From a virus (Duplodnaviria; Caudoviricetes): a stretch of DNA of 56,403 bases. Where the stretch lies: IMG/VR virus record IMGVR_UViG_3300048584_000026, positions 1 through 56,403 of that record; one strand, given 5' to 3'. Shown in pieces: positions 9,310-18,604 of the stretch (the stretch's first letter is position 1; each line of letters starts with the position of its first letter). The notes under the pieces were generated by a model that did not search any database, had not been told where the DNA came from, and was given only the letters and a program-made list of their open reading frames with translations. The position numbers and the translations under genes were made by a program.

Positions 9310-9779
9310 CCCGCGCCCTTGTCCGAACGGCCTGCGTGATAGCCGCCTGTAAACGTCTGCCACGGAACCCAACCCTTCGGGCAATGGAATCCCCAGTCCC
9401 GGACCTTCGGGCCGGTCATAAACAGACTGATCGACGGCTGGCCCCCGATAAGCTCCAGCCGGTGAGCGTCGGTCGCCTTGCGAGAGATCACATCGCCCGG
9501 TATCCGGTGTAGCAGGAAGTCCGGCGTGTGTTCGATGTATCCGCCCGCGATCACGAACGATGTGTTATCCCAAGGGTGGTCGTGCATCACGTCGTCGTCG
9601 GACCGCAGGGTCTCGTGGAGGTAGACGTTCAGGCTCTCGTTCCGGGGGATAATGTACCAGCGGCGCATGTAGTCCCCGCCAATCACAAAATCCGGCTCAC
9701 GCTGCATCACGTCAAGCGCCCAGAGGTACATGTCGCCGATATTGGCGTACTGATCGGCGAACCGCTTCATATCGAACAT
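9291..9779 (-). CDS. Cupin-like metal-binding protein
   Basis: YLH...MHDHPW...GGYIE...HRLEL...TGPKVRDWGF. Confidence 0.7.
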   Translation of the reverse strand: MFDMKRFADQYANIGDMYLWALDVMQREPDFVIGGDYMRRWYIIPRNESLNVYLHETLRSDDDVMHDHPWDNTSFVIAGGYIEHTPDFLLHRIPGDVISRKATDAHRLELIGGQPSISLFMTGPKVRDWGFHCPKGWVPWQTFTGGYHAGRSDKGAGCGEYG

Positions 9780-9780
9780 A

Positions 9781-10062
9781 TCAGGCCCTCCCCTTGCCCC
9801 GGAGACGGCGCTTCTGGCGCTTGGTCAGCGGCTTGGGGGTGTAGATATGATCGACCGCGCCCGCGCGAAGCTGTAGCGGGATCAGGGTCCGCCCAGATCG
9901 GCCTCGGGGTCCTCGGTCTGTCAGGTTTTGCGGACCCGGACCCCCGAACTCGATTGAACATCCTGCTGCGAGCGCGGCAGCCCGCATCAGGTGCATCAGG
10001 CCGACGCCGCCGCCGTGGTGGTGTGCAATCACCGCGACCGGCTTTTCACTCTCAGTCATCAC
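9781..10062 (-). CDS. Hypothetical basic protein
   Basis: AGGAGGT RBS, coupled to neighbouring genes. Confidence 0.6.
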   Translation of the reverse strand: MMTESEKPVAVIAHHHGGGVGLMHLMRAAALAAGCSIEFGGPGPQNLTDRGPRGRSGRTLIPLQLRAGAVDHIYTPKPLTKRQKRRLRGKGRA

Positions 10063-10256
10063 AGACCTCCTGTGTTGCGCTTGCCCAGTTCGATGCCAAC
10101 GAACTCGGCGAGATACTGGCCGAAGCTGACCAGAAGCTCCTGCCCTTCGAACATCACGACCGAGTCGCGATCCTGATCCTTGATGACGGTTTGCAGGGCT
10201 TCCAGCCGCTTGCGGTCAAACGGACCGCAGTTGGTCTGTACAGGTTTCTCAGCCAT
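10059..10256 (-). CDS. Hypothetical protein
   Basis: Coupled ORF; VMFEGQELLVSFGQYLAE; ends TGGL. Confidence 0.65.
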   Translation of the reverse strand: MAEKPVQTNCGPFDRKRLEALQTVIKDQDRDSVVMFEGQELLVSFGQYLAEFVGIELGKRNTGGL

Positions 10257-10258
10257 AG

Positions 10259-10711
10259 TCAGTTTCGCTCCTTGTTTTCGGCCATGGTTTGCATCAGGCG
10301 GGCCGCGTCGATGATGTGGTCCAGATCGAGATCGGCGAGCAGCAGGAACTCGCCCGAGATCGGGTTGCGGATGTACAGGGGCTTAGCGTTCGAGTTCCCT
10401 GTGATCTCCAGCAGCCGGAACCCATAGGCCGCCGCGTTCGATAGCACGACCGCAAGCGGCTCGATCTGGTCCATGCGAACCGGGAGAACGACACGGCCTG
10501 CGCGAATGTCAGCGTCCCCGACGACCTGTTGCTTTTCGAGGAAGGCGCTCAGATCGCGCCGAACCGCCTCGTCGTTCAGGTGCCGCAGGCGGACCTCGTA
10601 CACCGCCTCTTTGTTCAGGTACCGTTTCAGCCGCTCGAACGCCAAACCCATCAGGATCGAGGTCCCCGCGACAGCGGTGCCGAACGCAATGATTTCGGGA
10701 ATCGTTTCCAT
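10259..10711 (-). CDS. Hypothetical protein with N-terminal TM helix
   Basis: Hydrophobic IIAFGTAVAGTSILMGLAF; AAGGA RBS. Confidence 0.65.
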   Translation of the reverse strand: METIPEIIAFGTAVAGTSILMGLAFERLKRYLNKEAVYEVRLRHLNDEAVRRDLSAFLEKQQVVGDADIRAGRVVLPVRMDQIEPLAVVLSNAAAYGFRLLEITGNSNAKPLYIRNPISGEFLLLADLDLDHIIDAARLMQTMAENKERN

Positions 10712-10713
10712 GG

Positions 10714-11100
10714 TCAGTCCTTCTTGTCCAGCATATCCGCCAACTGATCGAGGGCCGTGATAGCTTCGGCTCGCTTTGCGCTGTCCGGATTCTTGAGTTG
10801 CTTCACACAGGCTCGGATCATCACAGCCATAGTGGTCCGTTGGGCCTTCTGCAAGGCCATCAGATCGTTATAGCTCTTGGCTACACGCTCAAGGGTCTTT
10901 CTATCAGGTTCGGGGCAAGAGTCGGCTGGTACATCCCGGTCTGCCAGTTCGCGCACTTCATCTGCCGCATATCTTAGGTATCGGCTGACAGCTTCGCACC
11001 GCTGTGCCAAAGCAACTGCGCCTTGACCCCGAAGCGGAGTTGCCTTCTTCGTGTACTCCGTTGCTCGTGTGCGCAAAATATTGATAAGAGCTTCCGTCAT
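10714..11100 (-). CDS. Hypothetical helical protein
   Basis: ATG 1 nt after the upstream stop; lower GC than neighbours. Confidence 0.6.
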   Translation of the reverse strand: MTEALINILRTRATEYTKKATPLRGQGAVALAQRCEAVSRYLRYAADEVRELADRDVPADSCPEPDRKTLERVAKSYNDLMALQKAQRTTMAVMIRACVKQLKNPDSAKRAEAITALDQLADMLDKKD

Positions 11101-11101
11101 G

Positions 11102-11929
11102 TCAGGCTGCCTTCGGTCGGTTGATGTAGGTGAGGGGTTCCCCGTTCTTGTCGTAGGTATGCTCGACCACGGTTGCCTTGCAACGAGTCTTGCTTCCCCT
11201 GACATAGTGACGAGACCCTTCTTCTCCCTGCCGCAGGAAACCTAGCAGCCGGGGCGACGACTTGGTGGCGATCTTGCAGCCGTTCTCGTCGGTGCAGAGC
11301 GTCCAGTGCGACATGATATGCGGGAACTCGCTGATAAGTCGGCTCTGGGTGTGGATCAGAGTCAATTCGAAATCGCGGCGCTCCTTGATCGTGCCAACAT
11401 GGCGAGCAGCGGCCACTCGGGCGCGTTCCTTCTCGTTGCGCTCGATGATCTGGTTCACGACCTCGATCTGCCGGTCAGTCGGCTCCTTGGCTTCCACGAC
11501 GATACGATCCCGGATCGACTGGAGTACTTCGACCTCACCGTGCGCCAGTTCCGCGTCGATCCGGGCGATGAAACCCTCGTTCCCGGAAATGATTTCCGCC
11601 CGCTGGGCGTCACGGCGCTCCTGCTCGATCCGAGCGGCCTCGGCCCGAGCAGCGGCCTTCTTCGCGGTCCGCTTCTCAGCCGCCGCGTCCAGCCGGGCGT
11701 TCTGCTCCGGGGTGTAGAGCTTATGGGTCTCGTTGACCGGATCAATACCGGAGCCGCCGCAGCGATAGCACTTCCAGCCGGTGTTGCTGCCAGCCGGTCC
11801 CCAAGCATCCGATCCGCCTGCGCCGCCGCAACGAACGCACTTCCGCGAGCAGATGTGCAGCGGCTTACCGTTCTTGTCGGCGTGGGTGGCCCGGAGAGCC
11901 TGACCAGATCGGTTGTAGAGGATGACCAT
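11102..11929 (-). CDS. Zn-finger (CxxCxGxG repeat) protein
   Basis: CVRCGGAGG...CYRCGGSG, coiled coil, beta-rich C-terminus; first gene after a TTGACA promoter. Confidence 0.7.
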   Translation of the reverse strand: MVILYNRSGQALRATHADKNGKPLHICSRKCVRCGGAGGSDAWGPAGSNTGWKCYRCGGSGIDPVNETHKLYTPEQNARLDAAAEKRTAKKAAARAEAARIEQERRDAQRAEIISGNEGFIARIDAELAHGEVEVLQSIRDRIVVEAKEPTDRQIEVVNQIIERNEKERARVAAARHVGTIKERRDFELTLIHTQSRLISEFPHIMSHWTLCTDENGCKIATKSSPRLLGFLRQGEEGSRHYVRGSKTRCKATVVEHTYDKNGEPLTYINRPKAA

Positions 11930-11963
11930 GAACTCGACTCACTTGTTCGGCTTCGACGATCTG

Positions 11964-11992
11964 GAGGTACGGATTTTCTGATTCATTGTCAA
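11964..11992 (-). promoter_or_regulatory. Putative sigma70-type promoter
   Basis: Minus strand TTGACA-17 nt-TACCTC. Confidence 0.55.
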
Positions 11993-12014
11993 GTTTTGTT
12001 ATGTGAAGTTCACT

Positions 12015-12346
12015 GGGGCAAGATCAGGGGCAAGATCAGGGGCAAGATCGGATCATGCCCCTCGTTTTCGGCCACTTTGGGGGGAAAATGAATCAGAAAT
12101 CCCTTCCCGCGAGGGGCAAGATCGCCCGTGTTTTGATCTTGCCCCTGATCTTGCCCCTGATCTTGCCCCTGAGAAAATACTGAATTTCCTTACTTATTTC
12201 GAGATACCCCCCTAAAGGGGCAAGATAATCTTAAAAACGAAGCTCTGTATACGAGGAAAAACTTGCCGTGTTAAGTGACGAACACATAACTTTGGTGAAA
12301 TTTTTTCCCACAGCCTGAATAAGGGAAAATCGGTCGATCTTGCCCC
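12015..12346. repeat. Iteron-like GGGGCAAGATC array (about 10 copies, both orientations)
   Basis: Forward at 12015, 12027, 12039, 12113 and 12217 (1 mismatch); reverse at 12051 (1 mismatch), 12135, 12147, 12159 and 12336; adjacent AT-rich tract. Confidence 0.9.
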
Positions 12347-12583
12347 TCGGATGCCTCGTTCATAAAAGTCGGTCAGACTCATTAACAGAAATTCGTTCGA
12401 CCGGGTGCGGCCCTCCAGCACCCGAAAACCGGCATCGCCAAGCTTCGTTTGCACAGATCAGACAGGAACTTGGACCAACTTCGGAAATGATTTCGCGATC
12501 CGGAAATGCCTAGGAGCAGATAACCGGAAATCATTTCCAATAGCGAGGTCATACGCGAAATCGGGAATGTCAGAAGAAAAGCG

Positions 12584-12595
12584 GCTCAGCGCCCC
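12584..12595 (-). other. Probable cos (cohesive end) site GGGGCGCTGAGC
   Basis: 10/12 match to the phage Chi cohesive end GGTGCGCAGAGC (recalled from literature); opening the genome here restores Chi-like gene order; lambda-type terminase and portal present. Confidence 0.55.
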
Positions 12596-12782
12596 CACCC
12601 CCGCTGGCCCGCTCTGCCTATAGTACCTAAAGGGTCTATCGCTGATTCATTATGCCCTAGGCCCCGTTCTGGCGGCCTGTGAGTAATGATTCAGGGCGGC
12701 CCGCTAGGCCCCTAGCTGAATCATTTTCGTGCAATCCTGAGGCCCTGCACAAGGCCCAGCCGCTCGCCCTTGTTGCGGGCAT

Positions 12783-12816
12783 AAGAAAAGGGCCGCCGGG
12801 TTTCCCCAGCGGCCCT
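12783..12816 (-). terminator. Rho-independent terminator closing the 12.8-18.5 kb operon
   Basis: Minus strand AGGGCCGCTGGGGAAACCCGGCGGCCCTTTTCTT. Confidence 0.75.
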
Positions 12817-12838
12817 GTTGCGTCCGATTGTCCGGACC

Positions 12839-12976
12839 TCAGGCGTTCAAGCTATCGCATAGGCGGGCCACCTCAGCGGCGGCCCTATCAGCGGCCACGC
12901 TATCCCCTCGCCTCAGGGCCGCCCGCCTGTCCCTGTCCGCCGCTAGGGCGAGGTCCGCTATATGCTGCGAGTTCAC
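12839..12976 (-). CDS. Small hypothetical protein (45 aa, not in ORF track)
   Basis: GTG overlaps the upstream stop; MNSQHIADLALAADRDRRAALRRGDSVAADRAAAEVARLCDSLNA. Confidence 0.45.
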   Translation of the reverse strand: MNSQHIADLALAADRDRRAALRRGDSVAADRAAAEVARLCDSLNA

Positions 12977-13212
12977 AGGCGGCCCCCTTTATCGCAGGCC
13001 CGGCGGCCCGTGAGGCCCGCCCGTCCGCCGGTTCGCCTGTCCCTGAGGGCGGCCCTGTCCCGCTTATCCCGTTGCCTCAGCCGCAGGGCCTCAGCATAGG
13101 CCGCGATATGCGCGAAAGCGAATCCCCCAAAATAGGCGGCCTCGCCATAGTCGCAACAGGTGGCCGCGTGGCCGCAGGGTTGAATAAAGCGGGCCACGAT
13201 TAGAGACCCCAC
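12973..13212 (-). CDS. Hypothetical protein
   Basis: Fills the operon; Cys-containing; start uncertain. Confidence 0.45.
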   Translation of the reverse strand: MGSLIVARFIQPCGHAATCCDYGEAAYFGGFAFAHIAAYAEALRLRQRDKRDRAALRDRRTGGRAGLTGRRACDKGGRL

Positions 13213-13415
13213 AGGGCGAGCGATTGCCCCACAGACAAGCCTTGCGCCTTGTCCACTTGATAGGCCCCCCAGATCAGCCCAGCCGTTGCGAGGGCCACGG
13301 CTAACAGGATTGCGATTCCCATTCGGTCCGCATTGCGTTTACGGACCTCAGCCGCAGACAGGCGGGCCTTGCGGACATAGCGGCCACGGGGGGCGGGTTG
13401 CGAGTTATGGCGCAT
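13200..13415 (-). CDS. Small membrane protein
   Basis: Basic N-terminus followed by TM helix MGIAILLAVALATAGLIWGAY; ends WGL. Confidence 0.6.
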   Translation of the reverse strand: MRHNSQPAPRGRYVRKARLSAAEVRKRNADRMGIAILLAVALATAGLIWGAYQVDKAQGLSVGQSLALWGL

Positions 13416-13429
13416 TAGATCAGCCCCCC

Positions 13430-13582
13430 TTAGCAACAGGGACGGACAGGGCCGCCCGCGTAAGGGGAAACGATTGCGGGGCGTACCTCGCGCCCGTGGC
13501 GATTGTACAGGGGGCCTGTGTAGGGCGTGAACCGTTCGGCAATGTCCCCCCAGCGGGGCGAGCGGGTAATGGGAAGGCGCAT
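13430..13582 (-). CDS. Small hypothetical protein
   Basis: AAGGAGTC RBS before MRLPITRSPRW. Confidence 0.55.
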   Translation of the reverse strand: MRLPITRSPRWGDIAERFTPYTGPLYNRHGREVRPAIVSPYAGGPVRPCC

Positions 13583-13654
13583 AGATGGACTCCTTGTGTG
13601 GCGGGCCACCGTGGCCCGTAGGGCCATGCTACGGGCCACCCTTTAACAAACGGT

Positions 13655-13685
13655 AAAGGCCGCCGGACTCTCGCCCGGCGGCCTT
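13655..13685 (-). terminator. GC hairpin, possible weak terminator
   Basis: AAGGCCGCCGG...CCGGCGGCCTTT on the minus strand. Confidence 0.5.
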
Positions 13686-13713
13686 GCCTTGCCCAGTGTT
13701 GCCCCGAACGGGT

Positions 13714-14364
13714 TTAGAGGCCCGGACCTCGCGCGAGGTACTGCACCTTAGCCCCGTGAATCCGGTCCGTCCCGTGGTCCCTATCGCAGACACGGAACTT
13801 GTCGCGCGGGACCTGTACGCCCGCCCTCAGGGCGTCCAAAAGGGACTCTAGGCTGTAGACCTTGCGCCCGCGTCCGTCCGCAAGGCCCGTGAACTGCCAC
13901 GCCCCGGACGGGACGCGCGGCCCATGGGCGTTTTCAGGGCGTGAGATTCCGCCGCAGGCGTGAACCGCAAACCACTCGCCACGCGGCTCGCGTGTTTCTG
14001 TGTACCTGAAAACGACGGGCGAGCCGTTCGCCCATAGGTCCCGCATATAGACCCGGACGACTGGCGAGGTATCGGAATCCCAGTCGTCCGAGTCCCCCAG
14101 TTCGTCCCAGTCGAACGAGGCGAGGGCGTCCGCAAGGGCCTCGCGTCCCCCCGTGTCCGCCCAGTTCGTTATGGCGTCCCGCGCGGCCTGATAGTCGAAA
14201 CCGTCAGGGCGTCCGCAGGATTGCAGGTCCGCCGCAAGTTCCCGCAACACAGCGGCCACTGAGTCCGGGCCTGACGGGTACGCAATCAGGATAAATTCAT
14301 CCTGAGACCGCAGCCGCTCCATTCCGCTCGCAGCCGTGCAAAGGGTTTCCAATCTGTAGCGCAT
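13714..14364 (-). CDS. Hypothetical protein
   Basis: AAGGAGTC RBS, 216 aa; ends GPGL. Confidence 0.7.
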   Translation of the reverse strand: MRYRLETLCTAASGMERLRSQDEFILIAYPSGPDSVAAVLRELAADLQSCGRPDGFDYQAARDAITNWADTGGREALADALASFDWDELGDSDDWDSDTSPVVRVYMRDLWANGSPVVFRYTETREPRGEWFAVHACGGISRPENAHGPRVPSGAWQFTGLADGRGRKVYSLESLLDALRAGVQVPRDKFRVCDRDHGTDRIHGAKVQYLARGPGL

Positions 14365-14386
14365 TACTTGACTCCTTGTCTGTGAT

Positions 14387-14632
14387 TTAGGCCGCCCAGC
14401 TAGGGCGGGTTCCGTTGAATAGATAGGCCCTGCAATCGTCTGCCATTGCGAGGGCCGCCGGTCCGTCGTCCGCCTCAGGACAATCTGTGTCTACCAGATC
14501 ACCACGCGAGTCGAACTCAAACCAGTAAGCGCGGGACGCCCTGAGGCTTGAACACGGCCACCCCCGGTTAAAGCTCGCAACGCCCGCCGCAGAAACCCGG
14601 ACCTTGTTTCCGGAAATGATTTCTACGCCCAT
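14387..14632 (-). CDS. Hypothetical protein
   Basis: Coupled (TAATG); WFEFDSRGDLVD; ends WAA. Confidence 0.7.
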   Translation of the reverse strand: MGVEIISGNKVRVSAAGVASFNRGWPCSSLRASRAYWFEFDSRGDLVDTDCPEADDGPAALAMADDCRAYLFNGTRPSWAA

Positions 14633-14862
14633 TAGGCGGCCCCCCTTCCATCAATCGTGAGGCGCGCGCGGCGGACGCAATAGGCGTGAAAGTACCGCAG
14701 GCGCGAGCCGTTTGCGTTTTTGGGCCTGCGGTACCGGCGGGCGTCCGCCTGTACTCGCAGGGCGTCAACCTTGGACGAATTGAGGGCGTGGAAATCCGTT
14801 TCCAGATCACAGCCCGCCGCTGTCAGGATTGCGCGCGCGTCCCATGGGTCAAGGCGGGCCAT
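14632..14862 (-). CDS. Hypothetical protein
   Basis: DFHAL...YRRPKNANGSRLRYF; ends GAA. Confidence 0.7.
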   Translation of the reverse strand: MARLDPWDARAILTAAGCDLETDFHALNSSKVDALRVQADARRYRRPKNANGSRLRYFHAYCVRRARLTIDGRGAA

Positions 14863-14863
14863 G

Positions 14864-15550
14864 TCAGCGGCCCCCCTTGTTTAGCAGGGCCTCGGGGGCA
14901 TCTATCCCGTAGTGGCCCGCCGCAACGCCCGCCGGGTCCCGTTGCGCCTGTCTGGCAATCCACGACTCAGCCTCAGGGATGCTGGCAAGGCGGGCGAGAA
15001 TAGCGGGGCGGGCCGCGTCCGGGTGGCAGTAGCTAACGGCCACCTTGCCCCGTCCCGCAGCCTTTAACCGGCGGACTCGGCATATCTGCGAGTCGCCCAC
15101 ATTGCGCCCGGACCACGTGGCCCCGTCCGGGCCTGTGAACTGCACAAAATGCACTCGCCCGCCCCAGTTATGGCGGCCCGTCCAATGCACGGACACAGGG
15201 AAAGACAGGCCGCCGGGCCAATCCGTGACTCGCATAGGCTCGCCCGCCTTAGGTTGCAGCCCGAAACACGGAATCCCTGTCAGGTACAACACAGCGTCCC
15301 CATGGGCCAACATGGCCGCCCGTTCCCTGAGGCTCGCGCAATCGTAACACGAAAACGCGGCGGACTCGCCCTCGCCCGTCCGGGCGTACCCGGTACCGCC
15401 ACCCAGCTTGAACGGCTTCACCTGTCCGCAGTCTGCGCAACGGAACCCGGCGGGCATATACTCAGGCAAGAAACGGAACGCGCGGGCGGACTTGCACGGG
15501 TCAAGGGCGCAAGCCGCGTCAAGTTCGGCATAGGTTTCAAATACTCGCAT
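14864..15550 (-). CDS. Hypothetical Zn-binding protein
   Basis: CADC and CYDC pairs; AGGAGTCGAA RBS. Confidence 0.7.
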   Translation of the reverse strand: MRVFETYAELDAACALDPCKSARAFRFLPEYMPAGFRCADCGQVKPFKLGGGTGYARTGEGESAAFSCYDCASLRERAAMLAHGDAVLYLTGIPCFGLQPKAGEPMRVTDWPGGLSFPVSVHWTGRHNWGGRVHFVQFTGPDGATWSGRNVGDSQICRVRRLKAAGRGKVAVSYCHPDAARPAILARLASIPEAESWIARQAQRDPAGVAAGHYGIDAPEALLNKGGR

Positions 15551-15749
15551 TTTTCGACTCCTTGGAAACGGTTTCCGGGCGGGCCTCGCGCGTTGCGGCG
15601 GCCCAGCCGTCTAAAAGGCCCTTTGCGTACCCGCTCGCCCATAGCAGGGCGAGGGCGGGCAACATAAAGGCGAGAAAGTACCGGCGGGCGTACCGTCTAC
15701 AGGCGGCCCAGTTAGCGGCGGATTCCTCGGGCGCGAGGGGCCTCAGCAT
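15537..15749 (-). CDS. Small membrane protein
   Basis: TM segment YFLAFMLPALALLWASGY; coupled. Confidence 0.55.
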   Translation of the reverse strand: MLRPLAPEESAANWAACRRYARRYFLAFMLPALALLWASGYAKGLLDGWAAATREARPETVSKESKNASI

Positions 15750-17020
15750 TAAGCGGACTCGGCTGAGGTATCACAGGGCAGGGCGGCCACCCCCAGCGAT
15801 TGCGCGAGGGCGTGAATCTCGGGCCAAGCGAACCTATGGCAACCCGCGACAAAATCGCCCGAAGCCTCAACCCGGTTGACGTTGAACTGACCGACTCGGA
15901 TTGTCCGCAGGCCCGCCGGTTCCCATGCCTCGCCCCGTTCCCTGACACAAACAAGGAACTGATAGACCCGGATAGCCTCGCGCAACGGGACCCGCGCGCC
16001 CTGAGAGGTCTCAAGCGTTCCGCCGCTGATCTCGCCCGCCTTGTTCCGCTTGACGCCCGTTGCCCTGATATAGGCCGCCCCGTCAGTCGAACGGGGCAAG
16101 CTATGGGTTGCCACCTTGAGTCCCTCGCGCCATCCCGCGAGTTTTTCCTCAGCGTTTGCCCAGCGCAAGGCTGCGAGCCGTTCCGCGTTCGCCTTACGCT
16201 GTTGCTTTGCAGCCTCGCGCCTCGCCCGTTCCTTAGGCGTCAGGCGGGCGAGGGCGCGGGCCTTGCGGGCCTCACGTTCCGCGATAATCGCGGCGGCCTC
16301 AGCGTCTACGGCTGCGAACGAGTCCGGAAAATCCGCCGGGATATGCAAGGGCGCGAAAAATTCCGCGTAGTCCTGCACCATTGCCCAGCGTTCCCGCAAC
16401 ACAGCGGCCACCTGTTGCGCCTCAGTAAGGCGGGCGGGTTCGCTATCCTCGCCCGGCGTCCACGTATGGCCCGGAACCCATGGGCAATAAATGTCCCCCC
16501 GCTTGTTCCGGAACAAGTCCGCCCGGTCCCGGTAGACCTGAATCAGGTGAGTCAGGTTGCCTGTGTGGTCTACGGCTGAGGGCGTAGGGACCTCGCCCCT
16601 ATCGTCAAGGCCACAGCGGGCCTGCCAATAGTCCGCCCCGGCGGAATAGCCCCCGATATGCGGGACCTCAAAAACGCGGCCACGAGTCCACGGCTCGCCT
16701 TGTTCGCTCGCCCCGACAAGGTGGCGAACCGCGCCAGTAGCGCCTGCAATGTGGCCGCCCGTTGCGGGTCCCCAGTCATTAGGAACGACTAGCAAGCAAA
16801 GGGCCTCGCGCCCATGAATCGGTTCAAGCCGTGCAACGGGGGTTTGGTAGCTGTAGAAGATACGCCCGACAAAACGAACGCGCGGGCAATCTGCGGACGC
16901 GGCCCCGGAACTGAATCCGAAGTAGGAACCTTGACCGGGCGTAGGGGAACGCCCGAACGGCTGCGACTGGGTGGCCCATGCATGGGCAACTTGCGAATGA
17001 GTGCTAAAGACAGTTTTCAT
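15749..17020 (-). CDS. Large hypothetical early protein
   Basis: AGGAGTCGAA RBS before MKTVFSTH; coiled coil; C-terminal LETSQGARVP...VAGCHRF. Confidence 0.75.
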   Translation of the reverse strand: MKTVFSTHSQVAHAWATQSQPFGRSPTPGQGSYFGFSSGAASADCPRVRFVGRIFYSYQTPVARLEPIHGREALCLLVVPNDWGPATGGHIAGATGAVRHLVGASEQGEPWTRGRVFEVPHIGGYSAGADYWQARCGLDDRGEVPTPSAVDHTGNLTHLIQVYRDRADLFRNKRGDIYCPWVPGHTWTPGEDSEPARLTEAQQVAAVLRERWAMVQDYAEFFAPLHIPADFPDSFAAVDAEAAAIIAEREARKARALARLTPKERARREAAKQQRKANAERLAALRWANAEEKLAGWREGLKVATHSLPRSTDGAAYIRATGVKRNKAGEISGGTLETSQGARVPLREAIRVYQFLVCVRERGEAWEPAGLRTIRVGQFNVNRVEASGDFVAGCHRFAWPEIHALAQSLGVAALPCDTSAESA

Positions 17021-17042
17021 GGGTTCGACTCCTTGTTTGATC

Positions 17043-17213
17043 TCAGGCGGCCCGGCGGGCGGCCGCGCGGTAGTTATCGGCTTGTGCATCATAGCGGGCG
17101 GCCCGCTCGCCCCATGCCTCAGCCTCGGGCGAGTAACCGGCGGCCTGATAGGCGGCCCGCGCGGCGAGTTCGGAATAGTGGTCCGCTTTCGCGCTGTAGT
17201 TCGTTGCTTTCAC
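17043..17213 (-). CDS. Small Ala-rich protein (56 aa, not in ORF track)
   Basis: AAGGAGTC RBS, GTG start; MKATNYSAKADHYSELAARAAYQAAGYSPEAEAWGERAARYDAQADNYRAAARRAA. Confidence 0.6.
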   Translation of the reverse strand: MKATNYSAKADHYSELAARAAYQAAGYSPEAEAWGERAARYDAQADNYRAAARRAA

Positions 17214-17230
17214 AGTCTGGACTCCTTGTC

Positions 17231-17464
17231 TCAGTTAGAGGGGGCAAAGTATCGCGCGAGGTCCCGCGCGAAAGTACGGGATTCGATTGCAGCTAGTGCA
17301 AAATCCGAATGGGCAAACGTGAGGCGGGCAAAGGACATATGGTCGCATTGCGAGTCGCAATCCCAGCCGCGCGCGGCCATGGCCGAATCCAGTTCCTCAG
17401 GGTCAAAAGAGACCTCAGGAACCGCAAAGACAGCGGACAGGCCCAAAAGGTCCCCCGCGTTCAC
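17231..17464 (-). CDS. Hypothetical protein
   Basis: GTGA-coupled to the upstream gene. Confidence 0.6.
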   Translation of the reverse strand: MNAGDLLGLSAVFAVPEVSFDPEELDSAMAARGWDCDSQCDHMSFARLTFAHSDFALAAIESRTFARDLARYFAPSN

Positions 17465-18510
17465 GCCCGGACCTCACGGGCGAGGGCCGCGCGTCCCTCA
17501 GCGGTGGAATCGTAAATATCGACTCCATATCGGGCGGCCATGGCGCGGGCCGCGCGTTCCGCGTCCGGGTACCGGGGGGCGTATTGGATAGCGTCAACGG
17601 GCGAGCCGTCCGCAGTCTCAGCCGCAACACGATAACAGGGCGAGCCGTCCGCCTCAGCGTCCGCCACTGTGATACGCTCCACGCGGGCGAGCGGGTCCGC
17701 CTCGCAAGGGTCAAGGGCCGCCAGAATGGATTGCACCACGTCCCGCGCGCCACCTGTCAGGCCGCCGCGCGTTTCTCGCGCAATCTGCGCAGCCCTTGCG
17801 ATACGTGAGGCGGGCGAGGGTTCCGCGCCTGCGGTACCGAGGGCCGCGTAAGCCCCTTTGACGGCTGAATCCATTTCATCCCGCGCGCTATCGCCCGCCG
17901 GGCCTATGCAATGCGCAGTCTCATTAGCCACGATTGCGAGGGTTAGCAGGGCCTCGCGCAACCCGTCCGCCTCAGCCTTGAGAGGCGCAAGGGCGTTGCG
18001 TTCGTCCGCAAGGGCGGCCATCCGCCGCAGTTCCTCGCGCGCCATCCGGCGGCCCTCGCCCGTGCCATGCATCAAGGCAATCTCAATAACGCCCGCCGCA
18101 GTTGCCCAGTTCGATTCAATGGAAACGGTTCCCGCAGTCTCAGGCCCGGCGGGTACGGGTTCCGGTTCCGCGCCCTGCGATTCCACGAACGCGGCAAGGT
18201 CCCGCGAAAATTGCCGCCTAATCGCGGCCCGCCACATAACCCGCTGATTTTCAGGCAACGCGCGGCCATGCAACCCGGAACGGGTCCGCAACTCCACGTC
18301 AACGCTGACCCGCTCGCCCGTTGCCGCGTTGCGGTCAAAAGTCCGAACGACTTCCCCCCAGTACTCGCGCCCGCTGTGTTCAAAGCGGAACGCCTGCGAA
18401 TGAGTGCGGCCCCGTTCGCGCCAGTAACCCGAGGCGCGAACGACTGGCCCGAAGTAGACAGTCAAGGACTCGCTGAGGGTCCGCGCGGTTTCATCCCGGT
18501 GAATTTTCAT
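17461..18510 (-). CDS. Hypothetical multi-domain early protein
   Basis: GGAG RBS before MKIHRDET; first gene of the block. Confidence 0.7.
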   Translation of the reverse strand: MKIHRDETARTLSESLTVYFGPVVRASGYWRERGRTHSQAFRFEHSGREYWGEVVRTFDRNAATGERVSVDVELRTRSGLHGRALPENQRVMWRAAIRRQFSRDLAAFVESQGAEPEPVPAGPETAGTVSIESNWATAAGVIEIALMHGTGEGRRMAREELRRMAALADERNALAPLKAEADGLREALLTLAIVANETAHCIGPAGDSARDEMDSAVKGAYAALGTAGAEPSPASRIARAAQIARETRGGLTGGARDVVQSILAALDPCEADPLARVERITVADAEADGSPCYRVAAETADGSPVDAIQYAPRYPDAERAARAMAARYGVDIYDSTAEGRAALAREVRA

Positions 18511-18604
18511 AGTCCAAACTCCACGAATCAAGCGGCGGCCCTTTGCCGCACCCTGTCCGCTGTACCTGACAGAACTTAACAGAGTCTAGCTTTATCACAG
18601 ACAG

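Noticed and set aside
10059-10075. TGGL ending of ORF 10059 as independent support for the GGL tag
   Set aside because: Its codons (ACA GGA GGT) double as the RBS of the next gene, so it is down-weighted
12015-12170. Repeat array as a CRISPR or mini-array
   Set aside because: 11-bp units are directly adjacent with no unique spacers; no cas operon
13643-13657. CtrA box-like TTAA-N7-TAAA
   Set aside because: Single imperfect match overlapping a terminator hairpin; no supporting copies found
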